A stretch of DNA of 63,499 nucleotides, filler included, from Choristocarpus tenellus KU-1152 (GCA_964200185.2; 13 parts of 13 records of this genome joined end to end with filler, not necessarily neighbours in it), one strand, 5' to 3'. Positions 1 through 13,588 are shown, counted from the whole stretch's first letter. The notes: generated by a model not told the origin, from the sequence alone. Made by a program: numbers and translations.

Positions 1-2452
1 CTGATTGCCTGCCTTTCTAACACTTGTCAAATATTCGTTATTGCCCTCTGCCCCTTCCTTCCTCTCGAAGGGGGCGGAGCTTCGTCAGCGCTGGCGTAAT
101 GTGATCACAAAAAGAGATCACGGCTCTCTTCCTCCAGAAACAACCCATGCATACCTAGTGGCCATGCTTGCTCTGGTAAGGGAAGCCTCCTGTTCCCAGC
201 ACTACCGTATGAATCGGGTGCAGCTTGTGGGTTCCTGCGGACTGATTGCCCTTGCTGGACACCTCAAAGTGGGGGATATGTGCGTCATGTATTTTCCAGC
301 TTAAGACATCAGGAAGTGTTTGGGGAAGTGTGTGGGGGAGGTGAGGGTTAGCAACGAGGAAGATCTTGCAATCTAGTTGTCCTGCAGTTGGGCCCTTTTT
401 CGAATCTATTGATGGATTACATTGTCATACGACCCTTGACATGTCTTGAAGAAACGAGGGAACCGCAACAGTATTTTCCTTCGATGTCCTGTTTTGTGTC
501 CTTTGATGTCCTGTGTAGTGTCCCTTGATGCCCTGTCATGTCCCTTGATGTCCTGTGTTGTGTCCCTTGATGCTCCCTATCTCAGCTCGATTGCCTTCTT
601 GTTTCACAACAATTCTTTCAATATATTTGCATGTATATTTTTCTATTTTTCAAGGTTCAATATATTTGGATTCAAGATCCAGGGAAAATGCTGACCACTG
701 CCCTGTATTCTTGGGATCCTTACCATGCCTTGCCTCTCTATGCCCCAGGTCTCAACCATTAGTCTGTCACATCCTGCTTGAGCTTTCAAGGGAGATTATT
801 CTCCTTTTCGAGTTTCTACAGGCAACTATTCCTGCTCTCCTGGGGAAATTGCTGCCCAAGCTACATGAAACCTCAACAAAAGGACTCCTGGAGGTGATGA
901 ATGTGATAGAGAAGGAAAACAGACATCTTGACGGGAGACATTTTCCTCCACCTACTAATCTCGGCATTTGTCCCTTTCTTAATCTGGAACTGCATGTGGA
1001 GACCGGGGAAGTTCACAAACAGAAGTTTTGATACATGCAGAGATGCATATGATTGTAGTCGGTTTGAAAATTACAAGAATCCATCACAGTTGCAAGACAT
1101 ATCTATCTCATCATGAACATCACCGAGAGTGATTGCCACCAATAAATAAACTAACACAGCCGAAACACAACATATCAATACCCAATCTGTTGCCTGGTAC
1201 AAGGTGCTAGATGTTTTGGATACCTTTGCCTTTAGTGCCATGCGATACTCAGAGATTATTGAAATTACAAGTGAAGAGGAGATCATGTCAGAACTTCTGG
1301 CAGAGGGAGCAGGTGACACTGGTGGGCTTGAGCGGGAAGTTAGGCTTCCTCCCCGTGCTGAGGTGAGCACAGAAAGAGAAAATATTTTTTTGACATAAAT
1401 AATAAACAACATGATGAAAGAGGAGAAATAAAAGGGTACACTTGAGAGAAGGGATATTTACTTATGTGCTAAAGTGTGACCTTGCAAATGTGCAGATGTG
1501 TGAGTGAGTTTCATTAGGTTGGGGAAAAGGCGGACAAGAACGAGTATGGATTGAGACTTGCCAAGATAGAGATGCATGCGACCCAACATATTGGGGTCTG
1601 TCTTCCGTCTGTAAATGTAGTATTCCCGAATTCCTTTTTTGGACTGTACATACTGTTGTTGTGCGGTATAGCCTTCACCACTCTCTCATGATGAATATAC
1701 TGGCACTACCTGGCCCAACAATGCATGAAACTTGCTAAATTATCACAATTTGCTTCACTATACTTTCTAATGTGTGTATCCAAAAGTGAAGTAATGTGAT
1801 AATCCTGGATGTTCAATTTGGAATCATAATCCAGGATACATTTCACTTCTCCCCCATTCTTATTCCTAATGTCCTTCATTATTTCAAGGTATATCCAGAT
1901 ATCAGATGTAGAAAATGCCCATAGTGCTTTTGCAGTACCTGGATTTACAACCAGTGGATCCAGTCCTTGATGTCTCTCAACTCTGTATGTGATAATAAAT
2001 TGCGTATCAGATGGAGAAGGCCATCGAAACTAAGCTAGGTATATCCTCCATGATGGCATTCCTGGCGAGACTGCTAGAAGAGAGTGAAGTGCGACTTTTC
2101 CTTGGGGGTGTCATAATCTTGAATAAGGTAAGGCAAAGAGATCTCCAAAATTTCTTTACAAGGGAGAGCTTCGGAACATTTTGAATGGGAGATATGAAAA
2201 GCAGACCATTTATCATTGTAGTGCAGTAGAGCTCTACCACCTACTCCAAGAGTAGTTTTAGGTGTCACACATTTGAAGAGCGAAGACATCCCGCTATGAA
2301 GCTCAAGAGGATGAATGTATCATGAGATAGGAGTGTACTTTACACATTCCAGAAGCGAGTATTGAATTACTTTGTTCAGTGATAAAAAGTTCCTAAAATG
2401 GAAAAATGTGACTGAAATAAATCAATAATAACCCCCTATTTGGAGGGAGATT

Positions 2453-2720
2453 GAGTGAACGTATCTTAGAGGGTGCGAGTTTTGCCCTGTTTATCCGTTT
2501 GGGGCTTGGGTTCCCATGGGGTTTTTTGTTACATTTCCTACTCCGAAATGTTTCGGAGTAGGTAAAATGAATACATTTTGGAGTATGTATCATGTATATG
2601 TCCGGAACGAGAATGTTGGCACTTCCTAACGAACATAATAGCTATAAATACATCAAAATCGCAACATTGGATTTTGGCCCCCAACTGGACGTGACTCTAC
2701 CCTCTAAGATACTTTGACTC
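2453..2720. mobile_element. MITE, ~265-bp subfamily (A2)
   Basis: Imperfect TIR GAGTGAACGTATCTTAGAGGGT / ACCCTCTAAGATACTTTGACTC, flanked by ATT/ATT. Homologous to copies at 9090, 33632 and 36153 and to partial copies near 23480 and 27712. Confidence 0.8.
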
Positions 2721-3248
2721 ATTATTGGTGGCAATAATTTGAGATTGTGTTTCTTTTTTCAACTTCAGGGTAGAATCATCAAAGCAGTGATGTGAGAAAT
2801 CCACTTCAGTCTCGACTCTACATCAACGTTTTTCTTTGACAGCAGAAAAGCAAGCTGAGGCCATTGGCAGAATTGACCTACGGACACTTCCTTGTTTCTG
2901 ACGATGAACTAAAATACTGCACAGCTGGCATGTACAGTGTGTTTTCATGGTGTTCTCGAAGAAATCCTCTCATATGCCGGAAGATGCCTTGAGCGAATCA
3001 TCGAGGGGGTTCAGAGTGTGGAGGATCTAGTTCCTCAATTCTCCTTGGCCCTCTTCCTACAGCTTTGCTCCCGTCAGGAGGGTGAGTGGCTGTAGAACAC
3101 ACAGTATAGCATTCAATACCTGTCTCTACCTACCCCCTGGCAAACTGAGTAACCCGTGGTGACAAGGGATCAAGAAGCCCCTGCCTCATTTCCAAATACA
3201 ATCGAATACAGCACATGAATTCTTCTCCCCTGCTGAAATTCTCCCACT

Positions 3249-3427
3249 GGCTCAAAGTATCTGTGAGGGGGAGGCAGCTGTCCATTTGGGGTCAATTTTT
3301 TAATGTCGCGATTTTTGGGTGATTTGATTGCATACGTCTGATGGATACTGTAAATGCACTTTTCCTGATTTTGACCCAAATGGACACCATGCTGTAAACC
3401 CCCCACTCCTCCCAGATACTTTGGGTC
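3249..3427. mobile_element. MITE, ~177-bp G-tract subfamily (A1)
   Basis: TIR GGCTCAAAGTATCTG / CAGATACTTTGGGTC. Body homologous to copies at 47299, 56449, 57433, 23860 and 46470. Confidence 0.85.
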
Positions 3428-3921
3428 ATCATGCCAACTAGATCTCGCCTACGTTTAGTAGTACTTTTAAAAGAACGGGATAAAAACGGCTGGGTGGGCA
3501 CGATGTTCAAGGGGTTGTGTATGGTGAATGATAATGGGAGCTTACTTTAGATCCGATGTGTGGATCCTCTTTAATGGATGCAATGGTCTCTATGCTTTTT
3601 TTTCTTTTACAATTTGAATCTCTTGCGAGTCTTGAGGCGGGTTGAATGAATGTTGAGTGGGATAGTATCACTGCATTACGGTACTAGTATGAGAGGAAAC
3701 CTTGCAGCAAACGTCGATATGACTGGAATAGATCACTACTCTACTACACACCAACCACCGACTTTTCACTCGGTGGGAAAGCGTGTATTCCTTTTCTATT
3801 TGGCGATTTTGCAGACTTTACCCATTCAACCCCCACTCTACATCAGACACCTTGATCTCATGACTGTAGTATCGCCTTTGGTGAAAGATGCACTAAGTAT
3901 ACTCTCTTACTGTCACAATAG

Positions 3922-4792
3922 GTGCCATCATCAGTTATATGTCCGAGGTCGTAGTCAATGGCACCACTAGTTTCCAAACAAATGACTGCATTGAAACTGG
4001 AGGTGAGCTGGGTGGGGAATTTTTGAATGGTGTAATTTTGCTTCATTGTACTATGTCAATTGCAGAAATCTTGGAATCCTCGATTATGCAACAGGCCTTC
4101 GATTTTTCCCCTCAAATATTATTATGTGGAAGGTCAGGAGCAGTAGATGGCTAAAAAGGAGGACCAAATGTGGCATGGGTGCATACACAGTTGACTTCGC
4201 CTCACCAAGCTTACACTGTCCTCACATAAAGAATAACCAGTTGACCGCATTTGTTCTTGTCTATACATGTTGCAATAGGTGCCGTTGGGGTTTTTTATCA
4301 GTCGACGTTTAAAATGGATGGAGAGACGAGCTTTGCCAATAACACCGCTTTTGATGGAGGTGAGTATTCCGGACAGCTCGTTCGGCACTGCAAAAGTTTC
4401 GACCGGAGAAGTACACTTGGCGGCATGTTCTTGGGTGTGCTCCTAGTTTACACCACGTATAGACTGCTCCCTAGTGTTCCTGCCAAGGCAAACATATCCC
4501 ACGGCCCGGTGTCTCCACATATTGTTACATATATCTCAGAACCTAACTCAGTTTATGCTTTGGACTTTGCTTGCATAGAGATCATGTGTGGATAGTGCTT
4601 CTAGTAGTACAGGCATACGACTATATATTTCTGATGCATGCCCTAGGACCCCTCGCACACATTCTTCACCTATATTCTTGTTTCGCTTACTCTGGTGTGA
4701 CAATTTAGGCGCGGTCTATGTTGGTGGTGGATCAAGCTTGTACACTGATGGTGAGACAACCTTCTTTGCCAATACCGCTGTAGACGAGGGAG
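3922..4792 (+). CDS. Partial polymorphic-membrane-protein (Pmp)/adhesin-like repeat protein; exons 3922-4002, 4279-4359, 4709-4792
   Basis: Three AG|exon|GTGAG units, all phase 1, of 81, 81 and 84 nt. They translate to GAIISYMSEVVVNGTTSFQTNDCIETGG, GAVGVFYQSTFKMDGETSFANNTAFDGG and GAVYVGGGSSLYTDGETTFFANTAVDEGG, i.e. the GGA(I/V)...FxxN motif pair of Pmp-like beta-helix repeats. Confidence 0.8.
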
Positions 4793-5004
4793 GTGAGCAT
4801 GAACAGCCTGAGGATCCAATCCAGCACATTTGTCTTTGATACTCTTTCTCCTTTATCACAAAGTTTGTGCTGGGTTGATAAATTTTGATGAAATCCATAT
4901 TTGTTACTGATTTGTGAAGGGAATGTTTCATCATTTAACCCTTCTTTCTTAATTTTTTTCTTGTGAAAGAAAACAAGAATAATATATCCTGGGGTTTAGT
5001 ACTC

Positions 5005-5744
5005 CTTCTGTCCCAGAAGTCTGGGCCTTTCAGGTGTTTTGTGAATATCCTTTCAAATGTGAGATTCTGAAATAACAAATACTATCATCTTTCGATGGCC
5101 AACAAAATCGGCTTGCACATATATATCTTCAAAATATTTTTTCACTTCGAAATAGTTGAGAAAGCGCCTCTGAACACAAACGTTTTTTTTCGGAAATGAC
5201 AGATACAGCAAACAGCAAAACCGTCCAAAAATGGCTGGAAATGATGGTTAATCAGTCATAATGTCCCAACAAGACCTCCAATAAAAACGCGGTTAGTTGC
5301 GTTGGATTGCTTGGTGTTTTTTGCAGTATGGTAATTACTCATCACTCTCATTCTCTCCCTTAATCCACCACGTTGTGACCACGTTGTACGCGTCTCTGTC
5401 AATGGGATCAAGTGATTCAGAACGCCCTAAGGAGAGAATGAGAGCGACGAGTATTTAATGTAACCCCCCAAAAGCCAAGAAATCCAACGCAACTAACCGC
5501 ATCTCTATCGGAGGTCTAGTTGGAACGTTATGATCGATTAACCATTATTTCCACTCATTTTTGGACGGTTTTGCTTTTTTTGCTAAATATGCCATTTCCG
5601 AAAAAAACGTTTGTGTTCAGGTACCAGTTTCTCAACCATTTTGAAATGAAAAATATTTTGAAGATACGTATGTGCAAGTCGATATGGTAGCAATGGTGTA
5701 GCTGCTGCTGCAGCTGAGGCGCGAAAGCGCACCCACTAAGAGAG
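5005..5744. mobile_element. Foldback element copy 1 (long inverted arms around a short core)
   Basis: Arms ~5107-5360 and ~5430-5685 are reverse complements. A second copy lies at 19200-19915. Confidence 0.8.
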
Positions 5745-5844
5745 NNNNNNNNNNNNNNNNNNNNNNNNNNNNNNNNNNNNNNNNNNNNTTAATTAATTAA
5801 NNNNNNNNNNNNNNNNNNNNNNNNNNNNNNNNNNNNNNNNNNNN
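5745..5844. other. Artificial contig spacer (first of 12)
   Basis: N44-TTAATTAATTAA-N44, with stops in all six frames. Identical spacers at 14265, 18214, 23725, 27612, 30286, 33072, 38956, 46660, 49685, 55123 and 60334 (each 100 bp). Internal 10-N gaps at 37296 and 57540. Confidence 0.98.
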
Positions 5845-7614
5845 CCCGCTTCAAAGGTTGACGGGTCAGAAGTCAAGAGCGTGCCCCCCCCCCCCCTCTC
5901 ACGTCAGTCACTCCTCTCAGGGTCCCTGCTACACCCTATTACTGCTTCGAAAAGAAGCTCCACTCCGGCTCCAACAGTAGTACAAATGGCCATCGAAATA
6001 ATCAAGCAGTATCTGCTGCTGTCAAATGGAATGCACCAGCCCCTGCCCCCCCTTTACCAAGGAAGTCTTTGGTGAAGAGAAGAGGTCACTTCTCTCCAAT
6101 GACAGAGGACGAGCTTTTATCATTCCTTCCACAAGAAGTTGCGACCGGGGGAAGGTTGACTAGGGCGAATGGAAAAGGGGTGGCTTTTGGGGAGGGAGTT
6201 GTACGACCTTAGGGCAAGCGCACATTGGCTTTTCTGTTCAATGTTATCTTAGAGAGGGGATGTTTAGTGCATGTTGTCCATTTGGGGTTTGATGGGGTGT
6301 TGTTAGATACCCAAGTTCGATGCCTGTTTTGCGGGTGATCTTCCCTCGGATTTGGTTCAGGCAGAGTGGAAAGGGAAGGTGTGGTTAGATGAAGGAAGTT
6401 GCCCTTACGCTGGATACGTTCACACAGATGACATGGAATTTAGTACAGGTTCGAACAGGCCCTGAATGGACACCTGAACCCCGCACTAGGATACCATGGG
6501 GCTTTTAGAGTACGAGACTAGGGCAACAGTAGGTCATAGTTTTGAGAACATAAACTATGACCTACTTGGTGTATACAAACCAATTCTAAGTCATAGTTTG
6601 CACGAATTGATGCCAAAAGCCTACTTGAGAAATATTTAACATGGCAACAGTTCTAATTGGTGCGTTTGTGTATGAGTGTGCGTGTGTGTAACTATTGCCT
6701 GTGCTTTATATAATTACACATGAACATTTAGTGCTGCAATAGTTTCTACTTGTTGTCATCCGCTTGGTGCGCATGTATTGCACATGCGGATAGACAAGAT
6801 GTTTTATGTCCTCTCTCTTCACGTGGGGGGCCAATTGTTGTGAGTGGTGACCTATTACAGGGGTTACTACCTCACCACTTAATGCTATATGTGCACAACT
6901 CATATGCGATGCATGTGTGTAGGGCTCACTCCACAAGTGCAGACGATTTTCAAGTTTAATAGCTATTTACTTTCAAATTTTATTTGCATCTTCTTGTTTG
7001 TCAAATTCATGTCTACTCCCTCCTCACCAGAAATTACGTCCAAGGAGTCAGGTAGTGTACCTCTTGCAACCAAACAACCTCCTCTCAAAATAGTCTTCCA
7101 ATACAGATGCATCCACTGCCTCGATGAGAGTCATGCTTTGACCAGGTCAACTGTGGTAGGTTTGCTCGCCAACTTCTTCATTTCGTTTGGTTCCCAGTTG
7201 GTATACAATACGATCGGACCTAGAACAATAATTTCCACTAGGTGCACGTCCCCTTCAACTACTGTAATGTATTATATTTTGAAAGTGAACTTGTTGAAAT
7301 TATCAATCAATATATTCAATTGTTGCAGTTTGTCAAGTCCCACTATAGTTCCACAATCTGATTGAACCAACCAAGAGACCAAGCTACAGGCGACGAAATT
7401 TATTCCATCGTACTAATGCAATCACTGAATTAATTGAATCAAATCTTGGTCGAAGCTGAAGGAATTCGAAGAAAGGTAAGTGGGGAAGTGGTTAACCACC
7501 TCGAAAACATCGTAATATACCCTTTTTTTGTGAGCGTAACGAATTAAAATCCTGACAAGAATTCAGTGATTCCTCATTCCCAACGCTATTTTTTTACTAA
7601 CACTAAGGGACCTC

Positions 7615-10600
7615 ATGTCAGCTGTCCTAGGAGGTAAGTGGTTGGGGGTCAGGGGGTGGAGTTTTCAATGTTTCCACAATCCTCTTAGTACTGATTTATT
7701 TGACTATTTGTTCTGTTTGGTATTATATATGCATGTTCCTTAACCTGTTATCCTTTCATAATTTCTAGGATTGTTGAGGTAGAAATAGGTATTGATCAAA
7801 TATATCCACTCAATTGCCGATCCAATCACGAAGGTTTGTTTTGACTCAAAGTTTGACAAAGTTGGTCTTTCTCTGTTGGTAGTTGTCCGTCTCTCCTCAC
7901 AAACCCACCATTTTCACTCTTGTTCATCAAGATTGAAGTTGTAGGAGGGAAGAAGAATGTAATACTCTTCCTTCCACTAATAAATATATAGATACGTTGT
8001 TTCTTATACACAAGTTCTACCCTCGTCATTACTAGGATACAATACTGTAAAGAATATAGAATGAAGTACGAAAATTTAACTTCTCGTTTGGTGTAGTGTC
8101 TACTGACTGAAAGCTTCAGTATCCCCCAACCCCGTTTTCGCCAACTCCCTGTTGCCCACAACGACTGTGGATGCCCCCAGTATCCCAGCTCACAGATCCC
8201 AGACTTCTGCATACTTTGTATGTTCCTACCCAAACTCGGTATTGAGCGAGTAACCTCCTGGCAACCCTTCGTGCTTCTTCTGTGTGTGGTTTTTTGTTTC
8301 CAGAAAACAGTGGTCAACCAAAGTTGATAGTGATGAGAAATGAACACGAGCGGTCTAAGGAAGAAGGCAATCTTGGTGGTGGACAATGTGCATCGCTTGT
8401 CATCAGGATCGAGCAGTAACAGCTGTACAGTCACTGTCAAGGTCCAGTATGCCTCCCCAACTCTCCTACCCCTTTCTTGGTGAACAGAGTGAGGTTGACC
8501 TTGCACTGATAGTAGCATCCGAGTCAGTGGAAGGGAAGGCTCATCGGCTAGGACGATTTCTATTACTATAAAGCTGGTGGTTTATTCTTCGTACCCTTAC
8601 TGCCACTATGTTAGAGTAGACCCCTTCCCTCCTTGCTATTGCAGTACCCAGTACCTACCGTTCTTCTCCCTCTTCGATCAACTCCGAACCGCTTCGCATG
8701 CAAACCCTTGCGTTGCAGAGCTCTCTCCCACGGACAGCTACAAATATGACACATCTGTGCGTAAGAAGTGGCTGGATGGTGAAACGGAATGAACAAAAGG
8801 TCTGGCAGACTCGGTACTGCTGCCTGGTGCCGCACACTTTCCTGTACTACTTCGAATCCGAGGACTCTGAGGTGTGATCTCCGAAACCAAAAAAGTTAAA
8901 GAATACCCTGATTGTGGTGGGACTGGAATATAGACGTGGGAGAGGATTGTAGTGTTATACTTGGGAATAGATTTAAAAGTGAAGGCTGGTTCGGGTGGCA
9001 GACCTCCAGTGTGGGACCCAGGCATACTATCCTTCAGTTCGTGTAGTGGCATTGAATGTGTGCCAAGTTAGTAGCTAGACTGTGCACCTGAGTCAAAGTT
9101 TACAAGAGGGTAGAGCCGTGTCCGTTTGGGGTCCAAAATCCAATGTTGCGATTTTGATATAATTTTGGCTAATCGTGTTTGTTAGCAAGTGTCAACATCC
9201 TTGTTTTAGACACACCTTTCATAGGCGTATAGATGTTAGGTAATTGTGTTTACACAGAAGACCGAAAAAGGGCATTAAAAAAAGTGGGAAACCAAGCCCC
9301 GAACGAACAAACAGGATGAAACTCCTACCCTCTTAAATGCTTTGGTTCACCTGGAACCCAATAGTTCACACAGCAGCACTGGATTTCTGTCTATCAATGG
9401 TTGTTCTTCTATCGAGAGTTTCCTATAGTGCTGAGATACCATTTACGGCAAAGAGTGGTTGGGGCTGGTGATACTCACCGAGAGTTTATCCTGTTGACCC
9501 TGTCCAGAGTTCACAGTGATGGAGGATGAGAAAAACATTTATGCTAGTGCTTATTTGTACTAAGCCAATACTGTGTGTCCCAAGGTAAGAGAAAACTCAG
9601 TTTAAAGTCAAGTGTTGAAATTACATTGAGCTGATTTATCTCTCATAATCTTTATGTTGAAGTTGAATACCATACGAATAACAATTTTGTGCTTTCTAAC
9701 TGTATTGTCCACATATGATACCAACATAGCATGGGACGAAAGCAGTCCACATGTCTCTGCCTCTCACCCAAGCAACTACCTGTCTTCACACAATACCTCA
9801 GGAATCCCCTGTGTTCTGTTTATGTTTGTTATCACCATTGTGGATCCTGATGAATTGTGTGTCATTGTCCTTGCCCACTATGATTCCCTCTTCCCCCCCT
9901 CCCCATCAAACATGAGCATAGACACCGCGAGGAGTGATAGACATGGAGTATTACACAGAAATTGCAGATGACCCTGAGACAGGGGCTTTGGTGCTGAAGC
10001 CAGGGCTGGGGGCTCCACCAGGCCTCCGAACGTTCTACTTCCAGCCAGAGGACAGTGCACAGACAGGGGAGTGGCTTTCAGGGCTTCACCGAGAGCGGTA
10101 CAAGGTGGTCAGAGATGAGAGGGATGCCTATCAGAATCTTCAGGTAATCTTTGTGGGAGTGGGGGGGGGGTTGGCAGGCACAATGGGGTAGGAAGGGGGG
10201 CACATTATTAGGTGCAATTTCCAAGTGTCAATTTCGCTGATTTCAAGTATTACCCCAAAGAGCCCAGCATATCGATCTCTTCCTCTCAAAAAGTTCAGTC
10301 AGACCATGCCATCAGGATCAGTTGTGATCCAATACTCTCCCCAGGAGTGGAAGCAAATTGTTGGTTCACCCATTTCCTTGAATAGGTTCATAATTTTGTT
10401 AGTTTTCACATGAACTGAAATCATCAAAACCCAGTTTGGTGCTGGATTATACTTTGGAAGAACATATATATATTACAATGATCCAACAGAATTTTAGGAT
10501 TCAAAATTGAACAAAGTTGGACCTAATTGTATGCACCCTTTTCTAAAGGGTGGAGAGAATGTGGAATAGGGTAGTTGTGATGAAATTGATGCTATTATGC

Positions 10601-13245
10601 GTCAGATGGAGTATTGCTGCGCTATCCGCAATATTAAAAATACCAATGCCACGCTTATTCAGCATATAGGAGGAGATTACATGGTGTGAGAAGATGACAC
10701 TTCTGAAGGCGGGACCTTGCCCTGCTTCCCCTTGCCCTAATAGTAAGACCCAGGTGCTGGAAACGAAGTTTATCCTGGTTGTTCCTTGTTTATTCTCCCA
10801 GTTTGTTTATTATTCTCATGCCTTTTTATATACTATCGTATGTTATGTACTTGCTACGTAGTGTTTGCTCTCCTGTAGTAGTTGTGCTATTGTGCACTGT
10901 GGCCAGGTCGGTCAGGTCTTTTGGACACAAAGTATGCAAAGGATAAATTATGTTACTGGAGCTGCTGTGTGCAGACCAAATGACTCCTGGTAGGGCTCTT
11001 CGGAGTCGAGTGGATTACTTTCTTCTTTTTAATATGTGCCCCTTCCATGCCTCCCACAAGGCATCATTTTGCACTCTCTGATGCTACCTCCAGCAAAGAG
11101 TGTTGGTTGCAAAGCTTTGGAGCACTGCTTATTCTTTGTGGCACGCGCCTTGCCTACTGAGAAGCCTTGCCTAATGAGAATTTTTTGCACATGTTCAAGA
11201 TGTGGTTGTGCCTTGCTTGTGTGGGAAGGATATATGGGGTGCACTGGGATGGGATTGGGTCCATGTTGCACAGAGACTAATGATTGCAGATGAGCAGTCT
11301 GAGCCGAAATCTCATGCTGATACCACTAATCCCTTGCTGAAATGTTACCTTTTGGTATCAACATTCATGTTTCAACCATTAGGTGCAGACCTGGTGGTTC
11401 CTCGTTCTTGATCGTAGTTTGGCACACCATCATCATCCTCCCTATGCTTCCCACCCCTGTACATCGAAATAATCCTTAATCCTCTGAGTTGCTATTTGTC
11501 TTAATCATCTGCTTCATTTTCTCTTTTCTACGACTAACTCTGCTCCTTCATCTCTAGGTCAATTTGTTCCCCATGGTCTTTATTTTTTTCCACTCCTCCT
11601 ATACCCCATGCCACACACACCCCCAACCCAAGCTTTTCCTTCCCTTTCCCAATCTAGCATCATGCTTGACCCTAACCACACCTGTCCTCCTTCCCCTCCT
11701 ACCTCCTCCTCTGCTTGGTCCTTGCCCTTGATCCCTTCCCTGCACTCCTCATGTAATCAGGAGGAATTCATGTCTCAGATGCAGAACACTAACAGTGCAT
11801 TGAGTGAGGCTGAGAGGGAGAGGGAAATTATGGTGGACGGACTTAGGGCGGAGCGGGCTGCGGCCAGGCAGGGCCTTGAGCAGGTATGACACCCTGAACT
11901 CTCTAGTGGCGAGGGGGAAGTGGTTCAGAAGGGCGATTGGGTGGATAGGTGGATTAGGATTTTTTTGGGGATTATTGAGTTTCCCATACACTTTTACCCT
12001 ATGGAAAGATTGGAAGATATGTATCAAGAATAGCATTTCCTTTTTGTGCTCCTGTGGTAGTGGGGGGAATAGGTGCCTTGGTTCTGGAGGCAATTTGTTT
12101 CAAGATTCAATCAGTTTTGGAACTTTGGGCAACTGCAATGAGGCGTCATGTTTTGTACCAAAGAATTCAATTGTGTCACTGAAAGAGTATGCTCTGGTTT
12201 GTGTAGAAGGAGTTTGAAGATGATGAGAAACTGCTGATGACTTCTAATGTTTTGGGCTGGTTTTGGGTAGCCTATGTTTGCAGGCTCTGAGTATTATATA
12301 GATTTGACTACTTCATTGAGGAGCATTTGAAGGTCTTTTGATATCATTGCATAAATGTATCTTGCACTTACGGCATGGCTGCAGATGCCCATACAAAATG
12401 AATAGAGGACCGTGGGATCTGTAGGTGCCAGGTAGGTCTTGTTATTGTGCCTGGAGCTTTAGGAATTAGTGTTCTTGATGCCTCACATGCTCTTGTCTTA
12501 GGCTAAAAGGTGCTTGAGTTCAGTCAAAATAGAGATGTATGATAGAGCACTGCCTTGCTTAATATTTCAAAGTAGTATGGAGATTTTGCTAGAGCACTAC
12601 AGGTTTCATGCATCTGGCAGCAATTGTGTCACCTTGAAGTTGTGCCCTCTTTCATGTTTTGTGCTTCAAGATAGTGACCGTACAACCACTCAAAGAGACA
12701 CTCTGAAGTACTTGAGGCTTTTGCTCCTTCTAGAGTTCCCCCTGTCTTCAAGTTGTGTTTTTTTTTGTGATGAGGGCATTTGGCTGTTTGTTTCCTGTCC
12801 ATGCAAGTCTTTCTACGTCAAGGGCTGTATTGTTCCTGCTCACTGCTAGCACAGATCAGTGCAGTAGTTGGTAAATCAGCCTTGCAAGTATCTTCCTGCG
12901 AGTACTTAAGGCCTACATCTAGTGAGATGTATGGCACAAATGGAATAGTTACCGCCTTTCCGGCACCATCCTCCTCCTTTCAACCCCTGTCCACCTGACT
13001 CAACACTTCCCCAATGCTATGTTCCCCAAGCAACACTTCTACCAGAGAGTCCCGACTCCTGAAGACTTGACCTCTACATGCTTGCATTGTGCTAGCTCTA
13101 ATATTAATATCCCTCATCCTGTTCTGTTGTATACCACTGCTCATTTCGGAACATTGTCAACGAATGTGTTGCCTGCCTACATGTCTATGCTGTTGATGTT
13201 GTGGCGTGTTGTCTTTTTTTTTTGTGGCTTGCATGTGCGTGCGCA

Positions 13246-13304
<59 letters not shown>

Positions 13305-13588
13305 TTGTGTCTGAGTGTGTGTTGTTGGCAGGCTCGGGGACTGTCTCGAGAAGAGGGCCTGCCTCTCGAGGAGAGGGAGGATTCTGGGGTGCTTGCCCTG
13401 GCAGACATACTTTCCCGTGCACGTACACGAGCCGGGGAGCGCAGGAGCAGGGAGGCCTCTCTTGAGTTGCAAGTTCAAGATGCATTGGCATCTGTGGAGG
13501 CAGCCAAAGAGAGGGAGGTGGACAGCCGACGAAGAATGGAAGCACTACTAAAGGAGGCTGAGGCAGCTGTGGCCAGGCTTAGCGAGAG
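7615..13588 (+). CDS. PH-domain protein with C-terminal coiled coil, 3'-partial; exons 7615-7633, 8645-8871, 9922-10143, 11761-11883, 13332-~13588
   Basis: Phase-consistent GT-AG splicing gives MSAVLG|VPSTYRSSPSSINSEPLRMQTLALQSSLP...SGWMVKRNEQKVWQTRYCCLVPHTFLYYFESEDSE|TPRGVIDMEYY...RTFYFQPEDSAQTGEWLSGL, a PH-fold pattern, followed by E/R/A-rich helical exons. Likely 5'-UTR intron 7476-7607 with a TACTAAC branch point. The last donor and the first exon are less certain. Confidence 0.8.
9090..9348. mobile_element. MITE subfamily A2 in an intron of the PH gene
   Basis: Termini GAGTCAAAGT / GCTTTGGTTC, with a 4-bp TSD ACCT on both sides. Confidence 0.85.
13249..13302. repeat. (GT)n microsatellite
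   Basis: Perfect dinucleotide run just upstream of the acceptor at 13331. Confidence 0.97.

Noticed and set aside
5789-5800. Recurring TTAATTAATTAA palindrome as a biological repeat or recombination site
   Set aside because: Always centred in identical N-runs, so it is an assembly linker.
7826-8518. 230-aa minus-strand ORF
   Set aside because: Antisense within an intron of the PH gene, with no recognisable motif. Probably chance or decayed TE.
13019-13545. Overlapping ORFs with CVCVCV / HTHTHT tracts
   Set aside because: Translations of the (GT)n microsatellite. Only 13332-~13588 on + is supported as exon.
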